This document shows, one piece after another, positions 9,086 to 18,248 of a stretch of 32,000 nucleotides of DNA; the first letter of the stretch is position 1; the number at the start of each line of letters is the position of its first letter. This DNA is from an uncultured Erysipelotrichaceae bacterium. GTDB taxonomy: Bacteria; Bacillota_I; Bacilli_A; Erysipelotrichales; Erysipelotrichaceae. The notes under the pieces are model-generated. The model saw only the letters and a program-made list of their open reading frames with translations, was not told the origin of the DNA and searched no databases. The stretch covers positions 930,001-962,000 of the forward strand of contig OW818668.1 of assembly GCA_942493105.1 (NCBI GenBank), in the 5' to 3' direction. A program made the translations under genes and the position numbers.

Positions 9086-9875
9086 CTCAATTTTTACTAA
9101 AAGAGAACTAAGAATGATTAATATACGTCATATTTGGGGTCTGCAATTAGGCTGGAACTATGAACGTATGCAAGCATTGGGTTATTTATATGCAATTTAT
9201 CCTGCTTTAAAGAAAATCTATAAGAATGATCCAGAAGCATTACAGAAATCATGCGAAACGCATTTACAATTCTATAATACAAATCCTTCAATGTCAGAAA
9301 TCATCATTGGGATGGATATTGCTATTGAAGAAAGAGAAGGCGCTAATTCAATCGATACAGTTGCTCCTTTGAAAGTTGCTTTGATGGGCCCATTCGCCGG
9401 TATCGGTGACACCATCTTTGCTTTGATCGCTGCGACTATTTTCGGTGCTATTGCTGGGAATATGGCTGTTGAAGGCAATCCAGCTGGGATGTGGATGTGG
9501 ATCGCTTGGAACTTTGTTGTTATCTTCATTAGAACAAGATTGTTCGATTTAGGTTACAGCTCAGGTATTCGTATTGTTACTGATTTGAAAGATCAATTTG
9601 CTTATATCACCAATGCAGCATCCATTTTGGGTCTTGTCGTTGTTGGTGGTTTGATCCCTACCGTTGTTAAATTCAAGATTCCTTACGTATTCGTATCCGG
9701 TGAAGTCAAACTGTCTGTCCAAGACAACTTGGATAAAATCATGCCTTTCCTTCCTCAGGTCATCCTTATGGTTGGTGTCTATTGGTTGGTTAAACGCAAG
9801 ATGAGTATCAGTAAACTGATCGGTATCGTTATGTTAGGTGCCATCGTATTGACTTACTTTAAAGTTATTGCTTAA
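9078..9875 (+). CDS. PTS mannose-family IID component
   Basis: LGWNYERMQALGYLY...HLQFYNTNP...LMGPFAGIGDTIF matches the ManZ-type blocks (WNFERMQ, FFNTHP, LMGPLAGVGD). The start overlaps the IIC stop (ggagga SD). Confidence 0.9.
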   Translation: MSNSIFTKRELRMINIRHIWGLQLGWNYERMQALGYLYAIYPALKKIYKNDPEALQKSCETHLQFYNTNPSMSEIIIGMDIAIEEREGANSIDTVAPLKVALMGPFAGIGDTIFALIAATIFGAIAGNMAVEGNPAGMWMWIAWNFVVIFIRTRLFDLGYSSGIRIVTDLKDQFAYITNAASILGLVVVGGLIPTVVKFKIPYVFVSGEVKLSVQDNLDKIMPFLPQVILMVGVYWLVKRKMSISKLIGIVMLGAIVLTYFKVIA

Positions 9876-9895
9876 TTGAAAGGAATGGTACCCCA

Positions 9896-10600
9896 TTGAA
9901 AGACAGATATTTTAAATTTATCGTTGATATGCTGACCAAAATGGAAGCAGATCAATCGGAGAATATCGCAAAGGCAGCTGAATTGATCGCAGATTCGATC
10001 ATGAAAGGTGGAATCATCCAATCTTTCGGTAGTGGGCATTCATATGCCGCCGCCATAGAAGTTGCCAATCGTGCCGGTGGATTGTTTGCTGCCAAATTGA
10101 TCAGAGACCCTGCGATGGGGCTTTATGAGTCATTAGAAGGAACTGGCGACATTCTGTTAAGAAAAGTCGAGATCCTGCCTGAAGACTGTGTCATTATCAT
10201 TTCGAATTCTGGTAGAAATCCACTGACCATTGAGATGGCCATGAAGATCAAAAAGATTGGTGCTAAACTGATCGTTGTGACTTCAACAGCTGCGTCGAAA
10301 AATTTGAAGTCTCGCCACAGCAGCGGTAAGCTCTTATATGAGTTTGCGGATGTGATTTTAGATAATCATTCTGTTGATGGAGATGCTGCTATTGAAGTTA
10401 AGGGACTTGATGCTAAGGTATGTGGAACTTCCTCAATTGGTTCAGCCGCTTTGCTTCAAGCAACCATTTTAAGTGCCATAGAGCTGATGATTTCCAGAGG
10501 ATTTAATCCTCCGGTAAGAATCAGTGCGAATGTAGATGGTGGTACTGAACGCAGTCTCGAAATCGAAAAGAAGTATACTCATAGAATTAATCATCTATAA
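9896..10600 (+). CDS. SIS (sugar isomerase) domain protein
   Basis: GGIIQSFGSGHSYAAA and CVIIISNSGRNP are phosphosugar-binding SIS motifs. TTG start per the track; the start is uncertain (alternative ATG at 9929). Confidence 0.7.
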   Translation: MKDRYFKFIVDMLTKMEADQSENIAKAAELIADSIMKGGIIQSFGSGHSYAAAIEVANRAGGLFAAKLIRDPAMGLYESLEGTGDILLRKVEILPEDCVIIISNSGRNPLTIEMAMKIKKIGAKLIVVTSTAASKNLKSRHSSGKLLYEFADVILDNHSVDGDAAIEVKGLDAKVCGTSSIGSAALLQATILSAIELMISRGFNPPVRISANVDGGTERSLEIEKKYTHRINHL

Positions 10601-10625
10601 GCAAAAATAGATCATATCTCCTAAA

Positions 10626-10682
10626 AGCACATAAGGTATCTCTGTATTCTCGATGTTGAGCTATGGAGCTACCTTATGTGCT
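10626..10682 (+). other. Perfect 13-bp stem-loop in the intra-operon gap between the SIS and IIB genes
   Basis: agcacataaggta (10626-10638) pairs with taccttatgtgct (10670-10682) across a 31-nt loop. No T-run follows. A second smaller hairpin is gggtta (10761-10766) / taaccc (10781-10786). Confidence 0.5.
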
Positions 10683-10807
10683 AAAGGGAGAGTTTAGTTG
10701 GAGTTTCGCCTATTCAAAATGATGAACATTTGATAAATGATTTTGGGAAGTGTTAAAATGGGGTTAAGGTGAATTCTCAGTAACCCATAACCAATGAAGG
10801 AGAAAAA

Positions 10808-11293
10808 ATGCAAACAATAGTAAATATTAGAATTGATGAACGTCTAATTCATGGACAGGTAGCTTCAGCATGGACCAATACACTTAAAGCAAATCGTATC
10901 ATGGTGGTCGATGATCTTGCAAGCCAAGATGAAATCCAAAAGGTTGCGCTTAAAATGGCTTGTCCTTCAAGTTGCAAACTGTCGATCTTGCCAATTGCAC
11001 GTGCTGTAGAAAACTTATTGGCTCAGAAATATGATGGAGATCGTATCTTCATGGTATGTAAAGGTCCGGAAGTTTTGGTTAAAATACTGGAACTTGGTTT
11101 TAAATTTGATGAAATCAATGTTGGAAATATGTCCAGTGCACCTGGAACAAAGCAAATCAAACGTTCGGTCAGTGTGTCTGTAGAGGATGTTGCTAATTTT
11201 AGAAAATTGCAGAGCTTGGGCATTAAAATGCATGCGCAAATGGTACCAAGCGAAAGCGATATTGACTTTATGACACTCATCGATAAGATGTAA
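10808..11293 (+). CDS. PTS mannose-family IIB component
   Basis: IRIDERLIHGQVASAWT carries the phosphorylatable His of ManX-type IIB domains. About 160 aa. aaggag SD. Confidence 0.9.
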   Translation: MQTIVNIRIDERLIHGQVASAWTNTLKANRIMVVDDLASQDEIQKVALKMACPSSCKLSILPIARAVENLLAQKYDGDRIFMVCKGPEVLVKILELGFKFDEINVGNMSSAPGTKQIKRSVSVSVEDVANFRKLQSLGIKMHAQMVPSESDIDFMTLIDKM

Positions 11294-11373
11294 GAGTTTT
11301 ATAAACTAAATAAAATAATCATTATATCTTTTCAAAGCCATGATTCAGTTGTGGCTCTTTCCAAGGAGGAAAA

Positions 11374-12561
11374 GTGAAATACACCTTAAAATCGACTCAA
11401 ATCATGACTCCAAATGGATTTGTAGATGGCTATTTGACCATTGAAGATGGAAAAATAGTACGTTTATCCCCATTATGCAATGAACCTTTTGAGTCCGTAA
11501 AAGATTTAGGAAATCAAAAGATCCTACCAGGAATCATTGACATACACAATCATGGATATGGAGGTTGGTCAATGACAGATCCTGCTACCATCAATGATGT
11601 TAAAGGTTATTTAAAGGCTTTGGTATCAATTGGGGTCACAGGTATCTTACCGACAGCCCGTGAAGAAGCTTTTGAAGCCATTGCCGATACGATGGATTTT
11701 GAGAATGATGGTGCCAGAATCTTTGGGATCCATAGTGAAGGACCTTTCTGGGCTCGTGGTGGAGAGAATTCTGTTGATGAACATTATCCCTTACCCAGCA
11801 TAGAAGAGACGCACCGCTACTTAACAAAAGCTAAAAACAAAATTGTATTGATGGCCATAGCTCCAGAACTTCCAAAAGCCTATGACGTCATTTCTTACTT
11901 ACACGATCAACATGTGTTGGTTTCTTTGTGTCATACTGCAGCTTATGCAAAAGATATTTATCAAGCCATTAATGAAGTTGGGATCGATTTGGTGACCCAT
12001 ACTGGAAACGGAATGCGCGGTATTCATCACAGAGATGTCGGTGTTTTAGGGGCTGCTCTATTATCAGAAGGTTTGACTTATGAAATCATTACCGATTTGA
12101 ATCATATCTGTGCAGATATGTTGAAGATCATGTTTAAACTGCAGCCTTATGAAAAATTCGTGCTCATATCAGATTCTAATTATATGGCAGGTTTACCTAC
12201 AGGACGCTATATGCGTTATGGCAGAGCCATGAATTCGTATGAGACAGGTTTGATCAAAGATGATCATGGAAGAATCATGGGCAGCGGTAAATATGTCTTA
12301 TTCAACATGAAACAATTGGTTGAAAAAGTAGGTGTCAACATCATCGAAGTCTCAAAGATGGCTTCATTGAATCCAGCCCGTTTCTTAAAAATAGATTCAT
12401 TTACTGGATCTCTTGAAGTCGGCAAAGATGCAGACTTTATGGTCATCAATGATGCCTTTGAATGTCAATTGACCTACGTCAAAGGAAAACTTATGTTTGA
12501 TTTTGAGACAGACAAAGCTTTCTTGAACCTTGAAGCTTTAAACCGCAGGATATCTGATTAA
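11374..12561 (+). CDS. N-acetylhexosamine-6-phosphate deacetylase-like amidohydrolase (NagA/AgaA family)
   Basis: PGIIDIHNHGYGG, GIHSEGPFW, SLCHTAA and THTGNGM line up with the NagA metal- and substrate-binding blocks. GTG start 7 nt after aaggagg. Confidence 0.75.
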   Translation: MKYTLKSTQIMTPNGFVDGYLTIEDGKIVRLSPLCNEPFESVKDLGNQKILPGIIDIHNHGYGGWSMTDPATINDVKGYLKALVSIGVTGILPTAREEAFEAIADTMDFENDGARIFGIHSEGPFWARGGENSVDEHYPLPSIEETHRYLTKAKNKIVLMAIAPELPKAYDVISYLHDQHVLVSLCHTAAYAKDIYQAINEVGIDLVTHTGNGMRGIHHRDVGVLGAALLSEGLTYEIITDLNHICADMLKIMFKLQPYEKFVLISDSNYMAGLPTGRYMRYGRAMNSYETGLIKDDHGRIMGSGKYVLFNMKQLVEKVGVNIIEVSKMASLNPARFLKIDSFTGSLEVGKDADFMVINDAFECQLTYVKGKLMFDFETDKAFLNLEALNRRISD

Positions 12562-12628
12562 CTTGAGTTGGTGACTTTGTTAAATAGATAAAGAAGTAGC
12601 ATAACCAACCAAGAACAGGAACCCATGA

Positions 12629-13447
12629 ATGAATGACATTAGATTAGTAATGTGTGATCTTGACGACACACTTAAAAGTAAAGACGGTGGTCTTAGTGAT
12701 TTTACAAAAAGAGCGATTGTTGCCTTAAGAAACAAAGGCATCTTTTTTGGGATCGCAACCGGTAGATCATCAAACTCGGTCAGACGTACTCTAAAAGAAA
12801 TCCATCTTTTAGAGTTATGTGATGTGATCATAACGATGAACGGTGCCCAGGAATATGATATGAAGTTTGATCGAAAACATAGTTTTTATCCACTAGATAA
12901 AAAGACATTGATTGACTTAGGCAAGATCTTAGAACCGCTAGATTTGAACTATTGTTTGTATGACAATGATTATCAATATGCAAAACGGGATGATCATGCG
13001 ATCCAAAGAATCGGTAGGAATAATCTTTCGACTCCAACTTTCTATGAATTAAAAGATTTACCTGACATTCTTTATTCAAAAATAATGTTTCTTGCACCAT
13101 CAGAAAAAAAAGAAACTGCCATGGCTTTATTCAATCAACATAAACCAGCTCATGTGCGCGGCTTCTTCTCTGATCCAGACTTAATTGAGATTGTGGATAG
13201 TAGGGTATCAAAATCTTATGCGATAGAACAATTTTGTATTCAACATGGATTTACAATTGCCAATGTAATGGCTTTTGGCGATCATAATAATGACATAGAA
13301 ATGTTAAAAGATTGTGGTATCGGTGTTTGTGTAAGCAATGGTAATCCAGAAGCCAAAGCAGCTGCGGATTATATAGCGTTATCTTGTGAGGAAAATGGGG
13401 TAGCCCACTTCCTAAATGATTATTTAAAGCTTGAGCTTACTCATTAA
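12629..13447 (+). CDS. Cof-type HAD-IIB sugar phosphatase
   Basis: HAD motif I is MCDLDDTL and motif IV is FGDHNNDIEML. About 270 aa with a cap region. The 3' end overlaps the convergent regulator gene by 11 nt. Confidence 0.8.
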   Translation: MNDIRLVMCDLDDTLKSKDGGLSDFTKRAIVALRNKGIFFGIATGRSSNSVRRTLKEIHLLELCDVIITMNGAQEYDMKFDRKHSFYPLDKKTLIDLGKILEPLDLNYCLYDNDYQYAKRDDHAIQRIGRNNLSTPTFYELKDLPDILYSKIMFLAPSEKKETAMALFNQHKPAHVRGFFSDPDLIEIVDSRVSKSYAIEQFCIQHGFTIANVMAFGDHNNDIEMLKDCGIGVCVSNGNPEAKAAADYIALSCEENGVAHFLNDYLKLELTH

Positions 13448-14156
13448 GATTTCTGATCAATGACAGTTTAACTCGATCTGTTCTGTGATAACTGAATGAG
13501 ATCTCAAACGCAATATGATCAGTATCCATGATGATCATGGTGGATCTTAATAAAGGAAAACCCACCTGAACTTCTAATTCTTTAGCTAATTCTTCATCCG
13601 CAACGACCGCATCTAAATCTTGTTTTGCTTCCTTAGGATTTATGCCTAAAGTCTTGATGTAAGTAAACATAGAGCCTTCGGCAATCTTATAAGTAATGGG
13701 TGTGACTAACTTGCTGACCCAAAAAGATTCTTCAAAAATCAGTGGGAAACCATTGGTATAACGGACTCGTTTGATCTGCCACACCTTATCGCTGAAGTCG
13801 ATGTTGAGCACTTTCGCAATATAGACTGAAGGCTCTATGAGTTGGACTAAGATGACTCTGGTTGAAGGTTGTTCATTCCTCAGTAAAGATGCTTTTGTAA
13901 AACTAACCACTTCATTAAGTTTCTTATCTACGATCTGGTTGCTTATGATGGTACTTCTGCCTTGAGATTTTGTGATGATCCTAGATAAAACCAATTCACT
14001 CAGTGCTTTACGTACGGTTATTCGAGATACATTATAAATCTCTGATAAGTCATTCTCAGAGGGCAATTGTTGATTAGGTTTGAGTCTTCCTGATTCGATG
14101 TCTGCAGTAATTCCGTTGATGACTTTCTGATACTTCTTGATTTTTCTTGTATCCAA
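13437..14156 (-). CDS. GntR-family transcriptional regulator, HutC subfamily (UTRA)
   Basis: LPSENDLSEIYNVSRITVRKALSELV is a GntR wHTH. 239 aa. Divergent from the 14320-17117 operon. Confidence 0.85.
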   Translation of the reverse strand: MDTRKIKKYQKVINGITADIESGRLKPNQQLPSENDLSEIYNVSRITVRKALSELVLSRIITKSQGRSTIISNQIVDKKLNEVVSFTKASLLRNEQPSTRVILVQLIEPSVYIAKVLNIDFSDKVWQIKRVRYTNGFPLIFEESFWVSKLVTPITYKIAEGSMFTYIKTLGINPKEAKQDLDAVVADEELAKELEVQVGFPLLRSTMIIMDTDHIAFEISFSYHRTDRVKLSLIRNLNE

Positions 14157-14319
14157 TAGTTAAGACCCCCTAACATGTATATTTTAACATAACAAGTACC
14201 ACATAAAAGCAAACAAGATTAGATATTTAAGTGTATGAAGGACTTAAGTAATCATACAAGTGGAAACTTAGAAACAAAGGAAACTAGACCCTATTAGAGT
14301 CTAGGTGAAGGAGAAAGAA

Positions 14320-15330
14320 ATGAAAGTTAGAAGTGTGATCGTCCATGGTGTAAAAGATGTAAGTGTCGTAGAAGAAGATTTAAATATAGATGAGTTGAAA
14401 CCAACAGAGTGCCTTATCGAAAACACAGTATCTTTTATTAGTCCAGGCACGGAGCTTTCACGTGTCTTTGGTTTAAAAGTTGGGGCAACTTATCCGGTAA
14501 GACCTGGTTATTGTTCATTAGGCACAGTCATAAAAAAAGGGGATAAGATCAAGCATGTAGAAATTGGAGACAAGGTCATCCATTCTGGACATCATTCAAG
14601 TGTTTATCTTTATGACCAAGCCAGCTCTGAAAGCGGAAACCTTTATAAAATGGACCCTCGTTTAAATGATCGCGAAGGGGCAGTCCTCAAAATGTGTTGG
14701 ATCTCCATGAATGGCATCTTAAGTGTCGACGTGAAGATCTTTGATACGGTTGTCATCTTCGGTTTAGGGATCTTAGGTCAAGTTTTAGCACTGTTGTATA
14801 AACAGATGGGTGTAAAAATCATCGTTGTCGATCCGGTTCAATCTCGTTGCGAACAAGCCAAAGATCTAGGATTAACAAACATCATCAATTGTCCTGTTGA
14901 TGAACAAATCAAAGCTGTGATGAATTTAACCAAAAACAAAGGGGCTAATATCGTAGTTGATGCGACAGGTATCAGTGCTGCCATTGACACCGCCATTCAA
15001 TGTGCCGCGAAAAATGCTCAAGTGGTTTTACTGGGCTCACCGCGCGTTGATTATGTCACCAACATTACTCCAATGCTCAATGCGATCCATATGAAAAACA
15101 TCAGAGTCATCGGGGCTTTAAATAGACTTTATCCTTTTGAAGAGAAAGAAGGATCCAGTTTAAGTGTCAAAAGAGGCTTAGATTATCTCTCTGAACTCAT
15201 GATCAATAAGACCATTGACGTAGAGAAATTTATCACCCATACGATCAAACCAGAAGACATCATGCAAGCCTATGAAGGCTTAATGAACAACAAAGAAGTG
15301 TATCGTGGTGTTATTATTAATTGGAAGTAG
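14320..15330 (+). CDS. Medium-chain dehydrogenase/reductase (zinc-type alcohol/polyol dehydrogenase family)
   Basis: Rossmann motif VVIFGLGILGQ followed by VVD, with a GroES-like N-terminal half. The ATG at 14320 (MKVRSVIV...) follows a gaaggag SD; the track ORF begins at GTG 14305. Confidence 0.7.
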   Translation: MKVRSVIVHGVKDVSVVEEDLNIDELKPTECLIENTVSFISPGTELSRVFGLKVGATYPVRPGYCSLGTVIKKGDKIKHVEIGDKVIHSGHHSSVYLYDQASSESGNLYKMDPRLNDREGAVLKMCWISMNGILSVDVKIFDTVVIFGLGILGQVLALLYKQMGVKIIVVDPVQSRCEQAKDLGLTNIINCPVDEQIKAVMNLTKNKGANIVVDATGISAAIDTAIQCAAKNAQVVLLGSPRVDYVTNITPMLNAIHMKNIRVIGALNRLYPFEEKEGSSLSVKRGLDYLSELMINKTIDVEKFITHTIKPEDIMQAYEGLMNNKEVYRGVIINWK

Positions 15331-15369
15331 TTTGTTATATCACTGAAATGTCAAGAAAAGGAGACCATC

Positions 15370-16101
15370 ATGATAGATTCACATTGCCATGTCTTATTTG
15401 GAGTAGACGATGGCCCAAAAATAATTGAGGATTCAATCACGATGCTCAAAGATGCTGCTGCAGACGGCATAAAAAAAGTTATATGTACCAGTCATTGTGT
15501 ACCTGGAATTAAATTTGAGAATGATTATGCCATATTGAAACCTGTTTATGATCAACTTGTAGAAGAATTGAAACATCAAAATATTGACATAGAACTCTAT
15601 TTAGCCTGTGAGTTAATGGCAACCCCTTTATCCCTAGAATGGTTAAAGGAAAACAGGATTGCCTCCTATAATCAAACCAAATGGCTTTTAGTTGAGATCC
15701 CTTATTTAAGCGATGTGCAGTTTGAAATAAATGTGGAAGATACTTTTAAAACTTTGCTTTCAATGGGCTATAAAATATTGATTGCCCATCCTGAACGCTA
15801 CAAACAGATTCAAAACGATTATAGTTTGATGGCCGTTTGGAGATCCATCGGGTGTAAGTTTCAAATCAACCGAACCAGTTTATTGGATACTGCCAGAGAA
15901 GTTGAAAGAAATCTGTCCTGGAAATTCATTGAGGATGATTATTGCGATGTCATCGCAACTGATGCGCATCGAACCAGTGTCAGAAACATCAAATTGAGTG
16001 ATGCTTATGCGATGGTAGAAGCAAGATTTGGAAGTGAAAAAGCAAAGCGTTTGTTTAATGATAATCCACAACGTTTGATCGATGGACTCGATCTCTTATA
16101 A
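15370..16101 (+). CDS. CpsB/YwqE-like PHP-domain metal-dependent phosphoesterase (protein-tyrosine-phosphatase family)
   Basis: MIDSHCHVLFGVDDGP, TSH, IAHPERY and ATDAH match the His/Asp metal-ligand blocks of pneumococcal CpsB across the whole length (243 aa). Confidence 0.8.
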   Translation: MIDSHCHVLFGVDDGPKIIEDSITMLKDAAADGIKKVICTSHCVPGIKFENDYAILKPVYDQLVEELKHQNIDIELYLACELMATPLSLEWLKENRIASYNQTKWLLVEIPYLSDVQFEINVEDTFKTLLSMGYKILIAHPERYKQIQNDYSLMAVWRSIGCKFQINRTSLLDTAREVERNLSWKFIEDDYCDVIATDAHRTSVRNIKLSDAYAMVEARFGSEKAKRLFNDNPQRLIDGLDLL

Positions 16102-16139
16102 AACATCTGACTTTTGAGTCAGAGAAAGCGAGGGTGTTT

Positions 16140-17117
16140 ATGCTTAATGTTGGTATCGTAGGAACAGGTATGATCAGTGAATCGTTTGTTAAGGCAGCCC
16201 ATCAACTCAGTGAAGTCAAAGTCATCGCGATTCAAAGTCGCACAATGGAATCTGCTTTAGAGTTTGCTAAACAACATCAAATTGAAAAGGCATATGACAG
16301 TTACGAATTGATGTTGAAAGATGAAGAAATTGATACGATCTACATTGGTTTACCAAACAGTCTACATTTCGACTATGGGATCAAAGCTTTAAAAGCCCAT
16401 AAGACCACCATCTTAGAAAAACCTTTCTTATCCAATATGAAAGAATATGATGCTTTGATGGCTGTCTCACGTGAATTCAAAACCCGTGTCTTTGAGATGA
16501 ACCGTGTCCTTCAACTCCCAAATTTTAAAGTCATCCAAGACCATTTAAAAGACATCGAACCTGTTAGTATGATCACCATGAACTTCAGTCAATACTCTCG
16601 CAAATATAATGATTATTTGGCTGGCAGGATCCTTAATGTCTTCTCAGATGAATATTCTGGAGGTGCTTTAGTAGATTTAGGGGTCTATGCGGTTCACTTC
16701 CTGGTGGGCTTATTTGGGTCTCCTAAAGAGCTGACTTATATTGCCTCACTACTGCCCAATACGATCGATGTGGGAGGTAACTTGATCTTAAAATACGATG
16801 GCTTTATCGCCAGTGTCGTACAAAGTAAGAACTCTAAATGTGATAATCGTATTTGTATCCAAGGAGAAAAAGGAACGATCTATGCCTCTCCTACAGCCTC
16901 AGCTTTACGTAAAGTAGAACTGGATACCACAGAAAAGAAAGACATCACTTTACCTCATGACCTAGAAGGTATGGCATATACTTTAAAAGATATCAACGAC
17001 ATCGTTGAAACAAACAACGAAGCATTATATCAAATCCGAGTTGAACAATCGCTTAAAGTCATGGAAGTTTTAGTTAAAGCAAGACAAAGTGCAGGAATCG
17101 TTTTCAAAGCTGATTAG
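16140..17117 (+). CDS. Gfo/Idh/MocA-family NAD(P)-dependent oxidoreductase
   Basis: N-terminal VGIVGTGMISESF dinucleotide fold and the EKP motif (ILEKPF). The ATG at 16140 is preferred over GTG at 16134. Confidence 0.8.
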   Translation: MLNVGIVGTGMISESFVKAAHQLSEVKVIAIQSRTMESALEFAKQHQIEKAYDSYELMLKDEEIDTIYIGLPNSLHFDYGIKALKAHKTTILEKPFLSNMKEYDALMAVSREFKTRVFEMNRVLQLPNFKVIQDHLKDIEPVSMITMNFSQYSRKYNDYLAGRILNVFSDEYSGGALVDLGVYAVHFLVGLFGSPKELTYIASLLPNTIDVGGNLILKYDGFIASVVQSKNSKCDNRICIQGEKGTIYASPTASALRKVELDTTEKKDITLPHDLEGMAYTLKDINDIVETNNEALYQIRVEQSLKVMEVLVKARQSAGIVFKAD

Positions 17118-17133
17118 TAGATCCATGATATAT

Positions 17134-17164
17134 AAAAAACGGAATCTTAATAGATTCCGTTTTT
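17134..17164. terminator. Bidirectional rho-independent terminator
   Basis: aaaaaacggaatct-taat-agattccgttttt. It marks the end of the metabolic block. Confidence 0.75.
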
Positions 17165-17171
17165 AGTACGA

Positions 17172-17438
17172 TTATTTAGTCACAGGTCTTTTAAAGATGT
17201 ATTCATCTCCGACATTATATCGATCATACTCTGTCTGATTTTTAACTTTGATGGTAGCCTCAAAGTCTCCATCCATCCCTGTAATTTTGTATGTCACATA
17301 AAAATAATATTGATTGGAACTAACAACTTCCTTATTGACGATGATGCTTTTTGTATCCACAGTTTTAGGACTACCAGAACACCCACCAATCAATAAAACA
17401 CCTATAACCAATACAGAAATCAAGATGAGCTTTTTCAA
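17172..17438 (-). CDS. Small lipoprotein, unknown function
   Basis: MKKLILISVLVIGVLLIGGCSG has a lipobox (LIGGC). TTG start with an aaagga SD. 88 aa. Confidence 0.6.
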   Translation of the reverse strand: MKKLILISVLVIGVLLIGGCSGSPKTVDTKSIIVNKEVVSSNQYYFYVTYKITGMDGDFEATIKVKNQTEYDRYNVGDEYIFKRPVTK

Positions 17439-17569
17439 AGGTTTATTCCTTTCGTTAATCTAATAATAGCACCATCATCATGAAAAACTACGAAAAATAG
17501 TGATGATTTTTTAAAGTAAAAAGGATTGTTTTTCTCAACAAACTTGTACCTTTTCACTAGATGTTTACT

Positions 17570-18061
17570 CTATTTATTCTTGAATATTTGAATATAACCT
17601 CTAAATAAAATCACAATAGCGGCCAGTATATACAGATAGCGATCATTGGAATATGCATATTGAGTAAAACTCAAATAAACAACAACACCTGCCAATAACA
17701 CATAGAAAGCACCATTAAAGATCTTACTGTTGAGACTGGTGGGTACTTTGAGCTTCACATCAGCCACTTTATAGTTTTTTAGCTTCGTTAATTTATTGAT
17801 GAAAATAAATCGATAATATAATTCTACGATGATGGTCAATCCAACTAGGAAGACAGCATCATAGATCAAATCAAAACCCAAGGCATAAAAGAAAACCGAG
17901 GCTACCAAGACAATAGTGTAGCGATTTCTAAAAAAGAACAAGCTTGTCATTTGATCTAAAGGAATCACATAGGCTGCATTTTCTTTTGGGATAGGTAAGA
18001 TATATCTTCCGTTTTTTTCTTTTATAACGCCCATCGATTCTATTGTTTTAGTGGATATCAT
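17570..18061 (-). CDS. Membrane protein, unknown function
   Basis: 163-aa ORF with a strong SD (gaggtgag) and about four hydrophobic segments. No recognisable motif. Confidence 0.5.
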   Translation of the reverse strand: MISTKTIESMGVIKEKNGRYILPIPKENAAYVIPLDQMTSLFFFRNRYTIVLVASVFFYALGFDLIYDAVFLVGLTIIVELYYRFIFINKLTKLKNYKVADVKLKVPTSLNSKIFNGAFYVLLAGVVVYLSFTQYAYSNDRYLYILAAIVILFRGYIQIFKNK

Positions 18062-18248
18062 AACTCACCTCAGCATTCATTATATCTTAAATATAACCTT
18101 AATTCTATGCATATATATACAAGCGGTGAACTTGATTTTAGTGCTATAATGAGTTCAAAAGAGGATAGTGGGAACAATCATACTTTTAAGCATTTATGAT
18201 CGATCATGATTCAAGTTTTTAAACAATCATGATCAGAAAGGTATTAAA

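Noticed and set aside
3377-10799. Shared 14-mer ataaccaatgaagg at 3377-3390 and 10786-10799, both just upstream of genes
   Set aside because: A 14-nt exact match is expected by chance a few times in 32 kb of AT-rich DNA when both strands are considered, and the flanks do not align.
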